Shown here in pieces: positions 27,893 to 39,502 of a stretch of DNA of 55,220 nt. Origin of the DNA: Dysgonamonadaceae bacterium (GTDB lineage: Bacteria; Bacteroidota; Bacteroidia; Bacteroidales; Dysgonomonadaceae); assembly GCA_029264035.1 (NCBI GenBank), contig JARICS010000076.1, positions 1-55,220 on the forward strand. Reading direction: 5' to 3'. A program made the position numbers and the translations under genes. How positions within the stretch are numbered: the first letter of the stretch is position 1; every line of letters starts with the position of its first letter. Below the pieces are notes generated by a model. The model made no database searches, was not told where the DNA came from, and was given only the letters and a program-made list of their open reading frames with translations.

Positions 27893-30800
27893 ATGTCTTT
27901 AAACCAATCCAACAATAGAATAAATTTTGCATCTATAGCAAACCCTCTGGAATTTCCAGATTTTTTGGAAGTGCAGCTAAAATCTTTTCAAGATTTTCTG
28001 CAACTTGATGCACCACCAGAGAACAGAAAAAACGAAGGTCTTTATAAGGTCTTTACAGAAAATTTCCCTATTGCCGACACTCGTAATAATTTTGTTCTTG
28101 AGTTTTTAGATTATTACATAGATCCTCCACGCTACTCAATTGAGGAATGTATAGACAGAGGACTAACGTATAGTGTTCCTTTAAAGGCTAAACTCTACTT
28201 ATATTGTACCGATCCAGATCACGAAGATTTTGCATCTGTTATACAAGACGTATATTTAGGGACAATCCCATATATGACCGAACGTGGAACTTTTGTAATC
28301 AATGGTGGAGAGCGTGTAATTGTTTCTCAGTTACATAGATCGCCAGGTGTCTTTTTTGGTCAAAGTGTGCATGCAAATGGGACTAAATTATATTCAGCCC
28401 GTGTTATACCATTTAGAGGATCTTGGATAGAATTCGCAACCGATATACATAATGTACTTTATGCTTATATCGATCGTAAAAAGAAATTACCTGTAACCAC
28501 TCTCTTACGTGCTATCGGCTTTGAAAGCGATAAAGATATTCTAGAGATATTTAATTTAGCAGAAGAGATTAAAGCTACAAAAACTGGTCTTAAAAAAGTT
28601 ATTGGGCGTAAATTAGCAGCTCGTGTTTTGAAATCTTGGATGGAAGATTTCGTAGACGAAGATACTGGCGAAGTTACTTCAATTGAACGAAATGAAGTTA
28701 TTCTAGAAAGAGAAACTATCTTAGATGAAGATAATGTAATCGAAATTTTAGAATCTGGTGTTTCTGTAATACTATTACATAAAGAAGCACAACATTCTTC
28801 AGACTACACTATAATTTACAATACATTGCAGAAAGATCCTAGTAATACGGAGATTGATGCAATTAGACATATATATCGTCAGCTACGAAGTGCAGAGCCA
28901 GCTGATGATGCCAGTGCACGTGAAGTAATAAACAACCTGTTTTTCTCCGAAAAACGTTATGATTTGGGAGATGTAGGTCGTTATAGAATCAATAAAAAAC
29001 TTAATCTTAATATTGATGATTCTGTACGTGTTCTTACTAAAGAGGACATTATAGAGATTATTAAATTTCTAATTGAACTAATAAACTCGAAAGCTATTGT
29101 TGATGATATAGATCACTTGAGCAATAGACGAGTTCGTACTGTTGGTGAACAACTTTACAACCAATTTGGTGTTGGACTTAATAGAATGGCCCGCATTATA
29201 CGTGAACGAATGAATGTTCGGGATAATGAAGTCTTTACCCCTATTGATCTAATCAACGCTAAGACAATTTCGTCAGTTATTAATACATTTTTTGGAACAA
29301 ACGCGTTATCTCAATTTATGGATCAAACTAATCCATTAGCTGAAATAACTCATAAGCGTAGAATGTCAGCATTAGGCCCTGGTGGTTTATCAAGAGAACG
29401 TGCTGGTTTCGAGGTGCGTGACGTTCACTTTACTCATTACGGACGTTTATGTCCTATTGAAACTCCAGAAGGACCTAATATTGGTTTGATTTCTTCTTTA
29501 TGTGTTTATGCTAAGATTAATACTTTAGGGTTCATTGAAACTCCTTACAGAAAGATTGAAGATAATAAGGTAAACACTACACAGGATGGTATAATTTATT
29601 TAGCTGCCGAAGAGGAAGAAGATAAAATTATTGCTCAAGGTAATGCACCACTTGATGAAGAAGGACGATTTAAGCTAAGTAGAGTTAAAGCACGTAAAGA
29701 TGCAGATTATCCGATTGTAGATCCAGAAGAAGTAGAACTGATGGATGTTTCTCCTATGCAGATAGCTTCTATAGCTGCTGCACTTATTCCATTTCTGGAG
29801 CATGATGATGCTAACCGTGCTTTGATGGGATCTAACATGATGCGTCAAGCCGTACCTTTGATGTGCCCAGAAGCACCTACTGTAGGAACAGGATTGGAAG
29901 AACAACTAATTAGAGATTCACGTACTCAGATTGTTGCTGCCAGTGATGGTGAAATTATTTATGTAGATGCTACAACAATAAAAATTAAATACGTAAGAAC
30001 AGAAGAAGAGGAGTTTACAAGCTTCGAAGACGCTGTCAAAACATATATTATTCCTAAATATAGGAAAACTAATCAAAACACTACGCTAGATCTAAAACCT
30101 CTTTGTAGAAGAGGTGATAAGGTAACTAAAGGACAGATTTTAACTGAAGGTTATTCTACTGAAAAAGGAGAATTAGCATTAGGTCGAAACCTTAAAGTGG
30201 CCTTTATGCCTTGGAAAGGGTATAACTTTGAAGATGCTATTGTGTTAAGTGAAAGATTAGTTCGTGATGATGTATTTACTTCAGTTCACGTAGATGAGTT
30301 CACTTTAGAAGTGCGCGAAACAAAACGAGGTGTTGAAGAATTAACATCAGACATACCAAATGTTAGCGAAGAAGCAACAAAAGATCTGGATGAACGAGGT
30401 ATTGTTCGTGTAGGAGCTCGCATTAAACCTGGAGATATACTTATTGGAAAAATTACTCCTAAAGGTGAATCTGATCCATCTCCTGAAGAAAAATTGCTGC
30501 GTGCTATTTTTGGTGACAAAGCTGGCGATGTTAAAGATGCGTCTCTTAAAGCTTCTCCTTCATTGAAAGGGGTTGTAATTAGTACAAATCTTTTCTCTAA
30601 ACAAGCTAAAAAAGGTAAAAGCAAATTATCTAACAAAGCTTTATTGCCTAAAATTGATGAAGAGTACGAAGGTAAAATGCAAGAGCTTAGAAGATCTCTT
30701 ATAATAAAACTAACTGCACTTACTGAAGGGAAAACATCAGCTGGAGTAAAAGATTACACGAATATGGATGTTATTCCTAAAGGTGCTAAGTTTACTCAAA

Positions 30801-31705
30801 GCATGTTTGCTGATCTTGATTTTGAAGCTGTTCAATTAAATAAATGGACTACAGATCCTGCTAAAAATACATTAATTAGAACAACTGTAATAAACTATCT
30901 ACGCAAATATAAAGAGCTTGACTCTGACTTGAAACGTAAACGTTTTGATCTAACTATTGGTGATGAACTACCCACAGGTATTATGAAAATCGCTAAAGTT
31001 TATATTGCTAAGAAACGAAAAATTCAAGTTGGGGATAAAATGGCTGGACGTCATGGAAATAAAGGTATTGTTTCTAGAATTGTACGTCAAGAAGATATGC
31101 CATTCCTAGCAGATGGAACAGCAGTTGATATTGTATTGAATCCATTAGGAGTTCCTTCTCGTATGAACTTAGGACAAATCTTTGAAACTGTATTAGGTTG
31201 GGCAGGAATGGAATTAGGTCTTCGTTTTGCAACTCCAATCTTTGATGGTGCATCATTGGATGATATAAATAAATGGACTGATAAAGCAAAGGTTCCTCGT
31301 TACGGTAAGACTTATTTATACGATGGTGAAACCGGTGATAGATTTGATCAACCGGCAACTGTAGGGATAATCTACATGCTTAAACTTGGACATATGGTTG
31401 AAGACAAAATGCATGCTCGTTCAATTGGTCCGTATTCTCTTATTACACAGCAACCTCTTGGTGGTAAAGCACAGTTTGGAGGTCAACGCTTTGGAGAGAT
31501 GGAGGTTTGGGCACTTGAGGCATTTGGAGCAGCTCATACGTTGCAAGAAATCTTGACTATAAAATCTGATGATGTTATGGGAAGATCTAAAGCTTATGAA
31601 GCTATAGTTAAAAGTGAACCGATGCCACAACCCGGAATACCCGAGTCACTTAATGTTTTATTACATGAATTAAAAGGGTTGGGATTGAGTCTCAAGCTCG
31701 ATTAA
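27893..31705 (+). CDS. rpoB: DNA-directed RNA polymerase subunit beta
   Basis: 1270 aa from the ATG ([14 protein letters not shown]...). The ORF-track TTG start at 27851 lies inside the upstream terminator hairpin. Confidence 0.97.
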   Translation: MSLNQSNNRINFASIANPLEFPDFLEVQLKSFQDFLQLDAPPENRKNEGLYKVFTENFPIADTRNNFVLEFLDYYIDPPRYSIEECIDRGLTYSVPLKAKLYLYCTDPDHEDFASVIQDVYLGTIPYMTERGTFVINGGERVIVSQLHRSPGVFFGQSVHANGTKLYSARVIPFRGSWIEFATDIHNVLYAYIDRKKKLPVTTLLRAIGFESDKDILEIFNLAEEIKATKTGLKKVIGRKLAARVLKSWMEDFVDEDTGEVTSIERNEVILERETILDEDNVIEILESGVSVILLHKEAQHSSDYTIIYNTLQKDPSNTEIDAIRHIYRQLRSAEPADDASAREVINNLFFSEKRYDLGDVGRYRINKKLNLNIDDSVRVLTKEDIIEIIKFLIELINSKAIVDDIDHLSNRRVRTVGEQLYNQFGVGLNRMARIIRERMNVRDNEVFTPIDLINAKTISSVINTFFGTNALSQFMDQTNPLAEITHKRRMSALGPGGLSRERAGFEVRDVHFTHYGRLCPIETPEGPNIGLISSLCVYAKINTLGFIETPYRKIEDNKVNTTQDGIIYLAAEEEEDKIIAQGNAPLDEEGRFKLSRVKARKDADYPIVDPEEVELMDVSPMQIASIAAALIPFLEHDDANRALMGSNMMRQAVPLMCPEAPTVGTGLEEQLIRDSRTQIVAASDGEIIYVDATTIKIKYVRTEEEEFTSFEDAVKTYIIPKYRKTNQNTTLDLKPLCRRGDKVTKGQILTEGYSTEKGELALGRNLKVAFMPWKGYNFEDAIVLSERLVRDDVFTSVHVDEFTLEVRETKRGVEELTSDIPNVSEEATKDLDERGIVRVGARIKPGDILIGKITPKGESDPSPEEKLLRAIFGDKAGDVKDASLKASPSLKGVVISTNLFSKQAKKGKSKLSNKALLPKIDEEYEGKMQELRRSLIIKLTALTEGKTSAGVKDYTNMDVIPKGAKFTQSMFADLDFEAVQLNKWTTDPAKNTLIRTTVINYLRKYKELDSDLKRKRFDLTIGDELPTGIMKIAKVYIAKKRKIQVGDKMAGRHGNKGIVSRIVRQEDMPFLADGTAVDIVLNPLGVPSRMNLGQIFETVLGWAGMELGLRFATPIFDGASLDDINKWTDKAKVPRYGKTYLYDGETGDRFDQPATVGIIYMLKLGHMVEDKMHARSIGPYSLITQQPLGGKAQFGGQRFGEMEVWALEAFGAAHTLQEILTIKSDDVMGRSKAYEAIVKSEPMPQPGIPESLNVLLHELKGLGLSLKLD

Positions 31706-31790
31706 TTATATCATATTATTATGATTACCCCATAAAAAGGGATGGCAAAATTAATAAGAATCACTTAACTCTTTATATAATAAAAAAAAC

Positions 31791-34700
31791 ATGGCATTTA
31801 GAAAAGAAAGTAAGATAAAGAGTAACTTTTCGAAAATAACGATCAGTTTAGCATCACCCGAAGAAATACTTGAAAGTTCGAGTGGTGAAGTGCTAAAACC
31901 AGAAACTATAAATTATCGCACGTATAAACCCGAGCGAGATGGTCTCTTTTGTGAACGTATTTTTGGTCCAGTAAAAGATTACGAATGTCACTGCGGTAAG
32001 TATAAACGCATTAGGTACAAGGGAATTGTATGTGATAGATGTGGTGTAGAGGTTACTGAGAAAAAAGTTAGACGCGAACGCACAGGTCATATTCATTTAG
32101 TTGTTCCTGTAGCACATATTTGGTATTTCAGATCTTTACCAAACAAAATTGGTTATTTGTTAGGAATACCTACTAAAAAACTTGACACCATAATCTATTA
32201 CGAAAGATATGTGGTAATTCAACCTGGATTATTAGAAGGAGAAGTAAAAGTAAGAGATCTTCTATCGGAAGATGAATACTTGGACTTATTAGAAAAACTT
32301 CCTAAAGAAAACCAAGCGTTGGAAGATTCTGATCCCAATAAGTTTATTGCTAGAATGGGAGCAGAAGGAATATATGGTTTGTTGAAGAATTTAAACTTAG
32401 ATTCATTAGCTAACAAACTCCGACACAAAGCGGATACAGAAACGTCACAGCAACGTAGGAATGAAGCCTTAAAACAACTTCAAGTTGTAGAGGCGTTTAG
32501 AGGATCTAAAGTAAGAAATAAACCTGAGTGGATGATTCTTAAAGTAGTTCCAATAATTCCTCCAGAATTGCGTCCTCTTGTTCCTTTAGATGGAGGTCGC
32601 TTTGCAACATCCGACCTAAATGACTTGTATCGTCGTGTTATTATACGAAACAATCGTCTGAAAAGACTTATAGATATTCAAGCACCAGATGTAATTCTCA
32701 GAAATGAGAAGCGTATGCTACAAGAATCAGTTGATTCTTTGTTAGATAACTCGCGTAAATCTAGTGCTATTAAAACTGAATCGAACCGTCCTCTTAAATC
32801 GCTTTCAGATAGTTTGAAAGGAAAGCAAGGACGCTTCCGTCAAAATTTATTGGGTAAACGTGTAGACTATTCAGCTCGTTCAGTAATTGTTGTTGGTCCA
32901 GAGTTGAAGATGCACGAATGCGGAATACCAAAGGATATGGCTGCTGAGATTTACAAACCTTTTGTTATCAGAAAACTAATAGAAAGAGGTATTGTAAAAA
33001 CAGTGAAATCTGCTAAGAAAATTGTAGATAGAAAAGAGCCTGTTGTATGGGATATTTTGGAACATGTAATGAAAGGACATCCTGTTCTTCTTAACCGTGC
33101 TCCTACACTTCACCGTTTAGGAATTCAGGCTTTCCAACCCAAAATGATTGAAGGTAAGGCAATCCAACTACATCCACTTGCGTGTACTGCTTTTAATGCT
33201 GACTTTGACGGTGACCAAATGGCTGTTCATCTTCCATTAGGGAATGATGCTATATTGGAAGCACAGTTACTTATGTTGGCTTCGCACAACATACTTAACC
33301 CTGCAAATGGCGCACCAATTACTGTACCTTCGCAGGATATGGTTTTAGGATTATATTATATTACTAAGATTCGTCCCGGAGCGCTTGGTGAAGGAATGAG
33401 TTTTTACGGAGAAGAAGAAGCTATTATTGCTTACAATGAGGGTAAGGTAGATATTCATGCTCTTGTAAAAGTTGTAGTAGATGATGTAGATGATGCAGGA
33501 AATTTAACTCGAAAAATGCACGAAACTTCAGTGGGTCGTGTAATTACAAACGAATATATCCCTAAGGAAGTAGGTTATATTAATGAGTTGCTTTCAAAAA
33601 AATCTCTTCGTGATATTATTGGAAAAGTAATAAAAACTTGTGGTGTTGCACGTACTGCTTTATATCTTGATGACATTAAAGATTTAGGATTTAATATGGC
33701 CTTTAAAGGTGGATTATCATTTAATCTTGATGATATTATTATCCCAGATGAGAAGCAAGAGTTTATAGATCAGGGGTATGCTGAAGTGGAACAAATATTG
33801 GATAACTACAATATGGGTTTCATTACATATAACGAACGATATAATCAAATTATTGATACTTGGACACATATAAACTCTAAGTTATCTAATACATTGATGA
33901 AACAAATCTCGGAGGACGATCAAGGATTCAACTCTGTATTTATGATGTTGGATTCAGGTGCACGTGGTTCACGTGAACAGATTCGTCAGTTATCGGGTAT
34001 GCGTGGTTTGATGGCTAAACCACAGAAAAGTGGTGCAGATGGTGGACAGATTATTGAAAATCCAATTCTTGCCAACTTTAAAGAGGGGCTATCAGTATTA
34101 GAGTATTTTATCTCTACTCATGGTGCTCGTAAAGGTTTAGCTGATACTGCACTTAAAACTGCTGACGCTGGGTATCTAACTCGTCGTTTGGTTGACGTTT
34201 CACAAGATGTTACTGTTACAGAACCAGATTGTGGTACGTTGCGTGGTTTAATTGCATCAGCTCTCAAAAACAATGATGAAGTTGTTGCTTCATTATATGA
34301 AAGAATACTTGGTCGTGTATCTGTACATGATATTCAACATCCTCAAACAGGAGAGCTTATTTTAAGTTCAGGTGAAGAGATTACAGAGGATGTAGCATTA
34401 AAAATCGAAAACTCACCAATAGAACGTGTGGAAATACGATCAGTTCTAACATGTGAAGCACGTCAAGGTGTATGCGCAAAATGTTATGGACGAAATCTAG
34501 CCAGTGGTCACATGGTTCAAAGAGGTGAAGCTATCGGTGTAATCGCAGCTCAATCTATTGGAGAACCCGGAACACAGTTAACACTACGTACTTTCCATGT
34601 GGGAGGTATTGCGTCTAACATTGCTTCTGAAAATCGTATTGTAACAAAATACGAGGGTATTCTTGAAATGGATGATTTACGTACAGTAGACTCAACTGAT

Positions 34701-36065
34701 GCTGAAGGCAAAACTCACAAAGTTGTTGTGAGTCGTTTAGTTGAAATGCGTGTAGTAGATCCAAACACAAAAATTATTCTTTTAGCTCATAACGTACCTT
34801 ACGGTGCTAAACTTTATTTTAACAATAACGATAAAGTAAATAAAGGTGATTTAATTTGTGAGTGGGATCCATTTAATGCTATTATTGTTTCTGAGGCAAC
34901 AGGTAGAATTAAGTTTGAAAACTTCATTGAGAATGTTACTTATAAAGTAGAATCTGATGAGCAAACTGGATTAAAAGAAAAAGTAATAGTAGAGTCACGT
35001 GATAAAACTAAAGCACCATCAGCTCATATTTTGAATGATGATGATGATATTTTACGCACTTATTCACTACCATTAGGTGCTCATCTTGTGAAGAATGAAA
35101 ACGATGTAATCAATACTGGTGACATATTAGTTAAGATTCCACGAGCAGTAGGCAAATCTGGTGATATTACTGGAGGACTACCCAGAGTAACTGAGTTATT
35201 TGAAGCTAGAAATCCATCCAATCCCGCTGTTGTATCTGAAATTGATGGAGAAGTTAGTTTTGGTAAAATCAAAAGAGCAAATCAGGAAATTATAATTACT
35301 TCCAAACTAGGTGAAGAGAAAAAGTATTTAGTTCCATTATCTAAACAAATACTTGTTCAAGAGAATGACTATGTACGTGCTGGTTTACCTCTTTCGGATG
35401 GAGCAATCACTCCCGCAGATATATTGGCTATAAAAGGTCCAACTGCAGTTCAGGAGTACATTGTGAATGAAGTTCAAGACGTTTACCGTTTGCAAGGTGT
35501 GAAGATTAATGATAAACACTTTGAGGTGATTGTACGTCAAATGATGCGTAAAGTTGAAGTTATTGAACCAGGAGACACGCGTTTCCTAGAGCAAAAACTA
35601 GTAGACAAACACGAAATCATGGAAGAGAATGATCGCATATGGGGAAAAAGAGTTGTAACTGATAAAGGTGATTCTGAAATATTTGAACCTGGACAGATTG
35701 TAACTGTTAGAAAACTGCGCGATGAGAATAGTTCGTTAAAACGTAGAGATTTAAAACTAGTTGAAAGTCGTGATGCTATTCCTGCAACTGCCAATCAGGT
35801 ATTGCAAGGTATTACTAGAGCTGCTTTACAAACAAAAAGCTTTATTTCTGCTGCTTCCTTCCAGGAAACAACAAAAGTGTTGAATGACGCTGCAATTCAT
35901 GGTAAGATAGATTATCTTGAAGGATTGAAAGAAAACGTTATTTGTGGTCATCTTATACCTGCTGGTACAGGTCAACGTTCGTTTGACAAACTAGTTGTTG
36001 GTTCTAAAGCGGATTATGAGAACATTACTTCGGGAGATTCAGATATACAAGATAATGAAGATTAA
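31791..36065 (+). CDS. rpoC: DNA-directed RNA polymerase subunit beta'
   Basis: 1424 aa with the NADFDGD active site and Zn-binding Cys motifs. Confidence 0.98.
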   Translation: MAFRKESKIKSNFSKITISLASPEEILESSSGEVLKPETINYRTYKPERDGLFCERIFGPVKDYECHCGKYKRIRYKGIVCDRCGVEVTEKKVRRERTGHIHLVVPVAHIWYFRSLPNKIGYLLGIPTKKLDTIIYYERYVVIQPGLLEGEVKVRDLLSEDEYLDLLEKLPKENQALEDSDPNKFIARMGAEGIYGLLKNLNLDSLANKLRHKADTETSQQRRNEALKQLQVVEAFRGSKVRNKPEWMILKVVPIIPPELRPLVPLDGGRFATSDLNDLYRRVIIRNNRLKRLIDIQAPDVILRNEKRMLQESVDSLLDNSRKSSAIKTESNRPLKSLSDSLKGKQGRFRQNLLGKRVDYSARSVIVVGPELKMHECGIPKDMAAEIYKPFVIRKLIERGIVKTVKSAKKIVDRKEPVVWDILEHVMKGHPVLLNRAPTLHRLGIQAFQPKMIEGKAIQLHPLACTAFNADFDGDQMAVHLPLGNDAILEAQLLMLASHNILNPANGAPITVPSQDMVLGLYYITKIRPGALGEGMSFYGEEEAIIAYNEGKVDIHALVKVVVDDVDDAGNLTRKMHETSVGRVITNEYIPKEVGYINELLSKKSLRDIIGKVIKTCGVARTALYLDDIKDLGFNMAFKGGLSFNLDDIIIPDEKQEFIDQGYAEVEQILDNYNMGFITYNERYNQIIDTWTHINSKLSNTLMKQISEDDQGFNSVFMMLDSGARGSREQIRQLSGMRGLMAKPQKSGADGGQIIENPILANFKEGLSVLEYFISTHGARKGLADTALKTADAGYLTRRLVDVSQDVTVTEPDCGTLRGLIASALKNNDEVVASLYERILGRVSVHDIQHPQTGELILSSGEEITEDVALKIENSPIERVEIRSVLTCEARQGVCAKCYGRNLASGHMVQRGEAIGVIAAQSIGEPGTQLTLRTFHVGGIASNIASENRIVTKYEGILEMDDLRTVDSTDAEGKTHKVVVSRLVEMRVVDPNTKIILLAHNVPYGAKLYFNNNDKVNKGDLICEWDPFNAIIVSEATGRIKFENFIENVTYKVESDEQTGLKEKVIVESRDKTKAPSAHILNDDDDILRTYSLPLGAHLVKNENDVINTGDILVKIPRAVGKSGDITGGLPRVTELFEARNPSNPAVVSEIDGEVSFGKIKRANQEIIITSKLGEEKKYLVPLSKQILVQENDYVRAGLPLSDGAITPADILAIKGPTAVQEYIVNEVQDVYRLQGVKINDKHFEVIVRQMMRKVEVIEPGDTRFLEQKLVDKHEIMEENDRIWGKRVVTDKGDSEIFEPGQIVTVRKLRDENSSLKRRDLKLVESRDAIPATANQVLQGITRAALQTKSFISAASFQETTKVLNDAAIHGKIDYLEGLKENVICGHLIPAGTGQRSFDKLVVGSKADYENITSGDSDIQDNED

Positions 36066-36097
36066 TCTTAGATAAGGTTGTCAAGACATATTATACA

Positions 36098-36130
36098 TAA
36101 AAAAAACTGCTCCTTGGAGCAGTTTTTTTT
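36098..36130. terminator. bidirectional terminator between convergent rpoC and oxyR
   Basis: A-run, then CTGCTCC tt GGAGCAG, then T-run. Confidence 0.75.
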
Positions 36131-36158
36131 ATGTATATATTTTTAAAGCTTTCTTTTA

Positions 36159-37100
36159 TCAGATTGCAACTAAGCCTTTCTGCAATTCTTTATTTTGGAG
36201 TGAGGCGGGAACAGACATTTTAATCTCCTCTTCTATTATTTCAATCAATCTATCACGTAAAAAGTCTTTCCTTGTAATCAAACTAATTTCTCTTACAGGT
36301 CTGTTTTTATTAAATAACCGTACGTTTTGCTTTTGCTTATCATTCAAATGCGACAAAGCCATTTCAGGAATTACTGTAATACCATCGTTATTATCAACTA
36401 TATTTATGAGAGTTTCAATGCTTCCTGCTTCATAGGTAAATGTTGGATTGACTATGGTATTGCTTTTAAGGCTACACAGATTCAGTATTTGAGTTCTAAA
36501 GCAATGCACTTCGTCAAGCAACCATAACTTCGCACCGTTCAAGTCAGATTCTTCTAGTGAACTCTTAGCATGTAAAAATCTCTCGTTTGGTGAAACATAT
36601 GCTAGAAATTTTTCATAATATACTGGTCTTTCTTTCATTCTATCATCATGTAGTGGAGTTGCTAAAATGCCACCATCAATAGTGCCTTTAGCCAAACCAG
36701 ATAATATCTGATTAGTTGTCATTTCATTTATAACCAATCGTATATCCGTTTTTTGCTCACGATGCGTCTGCATTAGTTTAGGCAATAAATAAGGAGATAC
36801 AGTGGGGATAATAGCTAAACGAAAAACGCCCTTTGTAATACCTTTTTCTTCTTCAACTATCTCTTTAATTTGATGAATTTGTGCAATAGAAACTCTAGCT
36901 TGATCAATAACTTTGCGTCCAATATCTGTTGGCTCAATTGGTGTTTGAGTACGATCAAATATTCTGACACCCAATTCATCCTCTAGCTTTTGAATCATCA
37001 TGCTCAAAGTTGGTTGAGTTACGAATGATGCCTCGGCAGCTTTAGAGAAATGACGGTAATTATCTACTGCAACAATGTATTCTAGTTGTTGTATGTTCAT
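36159..37100 (-). CDS. oxyR: LysR-family peroxide-sensing regulator OxyR
   Basis: 313 aa with an N-terminal wHTH domain. The redox Cys pair sits in the OxyR-typical context DEVHCFRTQILNLCS. Confidence 0.8.
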   Translation of the reverse strand: MNIQQLEYIVAVDNYRHFSKAAEASFVTQPTLSMMIQKLEDELGVRIFDRTQTPIEPTDIGRKVIDQARVSIAQIHQIKEIVEEEKGITKGVFRLAIIPTVSPYLLPKLMQTHREQKTDIRLVINEMTTNQILSGLAKGTIDGGILATPLHDDRMKERPVYYEKFLAYVSPNERFLHAKSSLEESDLNGAKLWLLDEVHCFRTQILNLCSLKSNTIVNPTFTYEAGSIETLINIVDNNDGITVIPEMALSHLNDKQKQNVRLFNKNRPVREISLITRKDFLRDRLIEIIEEEIKMSVPASLQNKELQKGLVAI

Positions 37101-37139
37101 AGGATAGTTTTATCTGTAAATTACAAACTCGAAATTGTA

Positions 37140-38114
37140 TTATTTGTGATTTGAGAAGTACTTCATGAATTGAGCACGTTCATATAATGCAGGATCTGGT
37201 ATATTTGAATAACTTAGCTTACCTCTAAATTCATCAATACTTTTATAGTTGTTTTGAGACATCCACTCTTCTAAACAAGTAATCATTTCTGGAACTATTT
37301 CCAAACCTTTTTCATACAAAACACTGCATAATTGCATTGCTGTAGCTCCTGCCAACAAACCTTTTATGTTATCTTCCCATTTATGCACTCCATAAGAACA
37401 TGCAATGTTCATGTCGGGAACATAACCTGATGTTATTGCTGTCCATCTTAGGGTTTCGCTAAAGTCTTCTGGATGGCTAAACACTGGTCCTGAAGTGATT
37501 TCCATTGCATTGATATCAATGTCAAGTTGATAGAATCTATTGAATAGTACAACAGCACTTACTCCTAAAGCTTCTAGTTTTTCAACTAAACCTGGAAGAT
37601 TGCTAACAGTTCTTGCCATTTTTATAATGATAGGTATGCTAATTGCCTTTTTTACTTCGCGCACAATCTTTATATAAGACTCTTCTAAATATCTATCGCC
37701 AAATTCACCAGTGTTGATTAAGAAAATATTTAATTCTAATGCATCGGCACCAGCGTCTTCAATACTTTTAGCAAAGTCTATCCAACGAGCAACTTTGTAG
37801 CAATTGATACTCGCAATAATTGGTATGTTGCATGAAGACTTAGCATCGCGTATTAAATCAAGATATTTTTCTACATGATTCATCTCTACATAAGCGTTGA
37901 TGTAATCGCTTGCTTCGGGATAATCTGATGTTAGATTGAGCTTCTCTGAATGACTGTCTATTTGTTCTTCAAAAAGAGACTTTAATACAATTGCTCCAAC
38001 ACCAGCTTTTTCAAGTTGCTTTATTTTTTTTATCGAGTTGGTCAATCCGCTACTAGCGGCAATTAATGGATTACGAAGTTTTAATCCTGCATATTCTGTT
38101 GATAGATTAATCAT
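37140..38114 (-). CDS. dihydroorotate dehydrogenase-like (PyrD/PreA family) flavoprotein
   Basis: 324-aa class-1 DHOD-like TIM barrel (LKNPLIAASSGLT, IIASINC). Substrate not assignable. Confidence 0.7.
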   Translation of the reverse strand: MINLSTEYAGLKLRNPLIAASSGLTNSIKKIKQLEKAGVGAIVLKSLFEEQIDSHSEKLNLTSDYPEASDYINAYVEMNHVEKYLDLIRDAKSSCNIPIIASINCYKVARWIDFAKSIEDAGADALELNIFLINTGEFGDRYLEESYIKIVREVKKAISIPIIIKMARTVSNLPGLVEKLEALGVSAVVLFNRFYQLDIDINAMEITSGPVFSHPEDFSETLRWTAITSGYVPDMNIACSYGVHKWEDNIKGLLAGATAMQLCSVLYEKGLEIVPEMITCLEEWMSQNNYKSIDEFRGKLSYSNIPDPALYERAQFMKYFSNHK

Positions 38115-38174
38115 TGTTTGTTTTATGTTTCAGATAGTAAATTATTTTTCTCCTTCTATGTTTTATCTCTTATA

Positions 38175-38182
38175 CAAAAATA
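38175..38182 (-). promoter_or_regulatory. -7 promoter box (minus strand TATTTTTG) for the pyrD-like/oxyR unit
   Basis: CAAAAATA on the + strand, about 61 nt upstream of the start at 38114. Confidence 0.4.
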
Positions 38183-38204
38183 CACAAATCTTTTGCATTA
38201 TGTA

Positions 38205-38870
38205 CTATTCTCTATCTCCAAATATCTTAGAGCCAACTCTAATTAGTGTGCTTCCTTCATCAGTGGCGATTTTATAGTCGGACGACATTCCCATCGAAAT
38301 CTCTTTAAAATGTAGGCTATCTGCAAAGAAATGTTCTTTTATCTTTTTGAAAAATGCATTCAATTTTACAAACTCTTTTCTCACAACTTCTTCGTCATCT
38401 GTATACGTAGCCATGCCCATCACACCTGCAAGTTGTATGTGCGACCATTCACGCCATTTTCCTTTCGATAATAAATTCCAACACTCTTCTTCTGTGAATC
38501 CCGTTTTAGTATCCTCTTTCGCAATGTGTATTTGCAGTAAACATGGAATTATACGGTCTACATCTGCTGCTTGCTTTTCTATTTGATACAGTAGTCTTTT
38601 TGAATCAACACTATGAATGCAATCAATGAAAGGAACAATAAACTTTACTTTGTTACGCTGCAATCTGCCAACAAAGTGCCATTCAATGTCATCAGGCAAA
38701 ATGGGTTGTTTCTCTATTAACTCTTGAACGCGACTTTCGCCAAATATTTTATGCCCGCTTTCGTAAGCTTCCAATATTTCATCTACACCATGAAACTTAG
38801 AAACAGCTACCAAACGTGTGTCTGCAGGTAGATGTTTCTTAATTTCATCTATGTTATCTTTAATGTTCAT
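38205..38870 (-). CDS. yggS: YggS-family pyridoxal-phosphate homeostasis protein
   Basis: 222 aa from MNIKDNIDEI, with LVAVSKF (PLP Lys). The ORF-track extension to 38942 overlaps the upstream gene. Confidence 0.85.
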   Translation of the reverse strand: MNIKDNIDEIKKHLPADTRLVAVSKFHGVDEILEAYESGHKIFGESRVQELIEKQPILPDDIEWHFVGRLQRNKVKFIVPFIDCIHSVDSKRLLYQIEKQAADVDRIIPCLLQIHIAKEDTKTGFTEEECWNLLSKGKWREWSHIQLAGVMGMATYTDDEEVVRKEFVKLNAFFKKIKEHFFADSLHFKEISMGMSSDYKIATDEGSTLIRVGSKIFGDRE

Positions 38871-38871
38871 T

Positions 38872-39348
38872 TTATGCTGATTCTGCAGTGTCTTCTTTCT
38901 CTTCTTTCTCTTCTCGTACTTGTGCACTATAAGGATACACATCCATTATGGCAGTTTCGGTGGCGCTGGCAATGGTGTAATCAACCATAGATTTATCCAT
39001 TTCTGTTTCTATTATTTCTACAGCTTCTTTAAGAGTCGAAGCTTGAACAAGCATATTCACAGCTGTTTTTTTCTCAGTCCCACTTTTCTCATCCAAAGTA
39101 ATGAAATACAATCTCATTTTATAATATCTATCGCCTTGGTCATTAAAAAACGACTCGGCATATTTTACGCGCTTGATATCTGAGATAGAAAACTCGCCTG
39201 ACATATAGGGAGTTATTTCATGTGTAATACGTGCTTCTGCCTCAGTAAACGACCATGCATCTACTAAATATGGTTCAGTCACCATTTTTTGCATGCCAGA
39301 CTCAAGCATTTTCTCATAACGAACTTTACATTCAAACCAATTGTACAT
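38872..39348 (-). CDS. DUF4494-like conserved Bacteroidota protein
   Basis: 158 aa. The MYNWFECKVRYEK... N terminus is recalled as DUF4494. Its stop abuts the yggS start. Confidence 0.6.
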   Translation of the reverse strand: MYNWFECKVRYEKMLESGMQKMVTEPYLVDAWSFTEAEARITHEITPYMSGEFSISDIKRVKYAESFFNDQGDRYYKMRLYFITLDEKSGTEKKTAVNMLVQASTLKEAVEIIETEMDKSMVDYTIASATETAIMDVYPYSAQVREEKEEKEDTAESA

Positions 39349-39381
39349 ATATTTTTCTTTTTTAGTTTAGTGCGAATTTAG

Positions 39382-39415
39382 CAAAATATCCCGAGAAAAA
39401 GGATTCCCGGGATAT
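39382..39415 (-). terminator. terminator after the TonB-dependent receptor
   Basis: Minus strand ATATCCCGGG ... CTCGGGATAT followed by TTTTG. Confidence 0.55.
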
Positions 39416-39502
39416 CTATTTTGCAAAATCACTCTATGATGATTATTGTTCTTTTATAATATCAAATGCCTTTTAGGTTATTTGATATTTATATATTGAT
39501 GA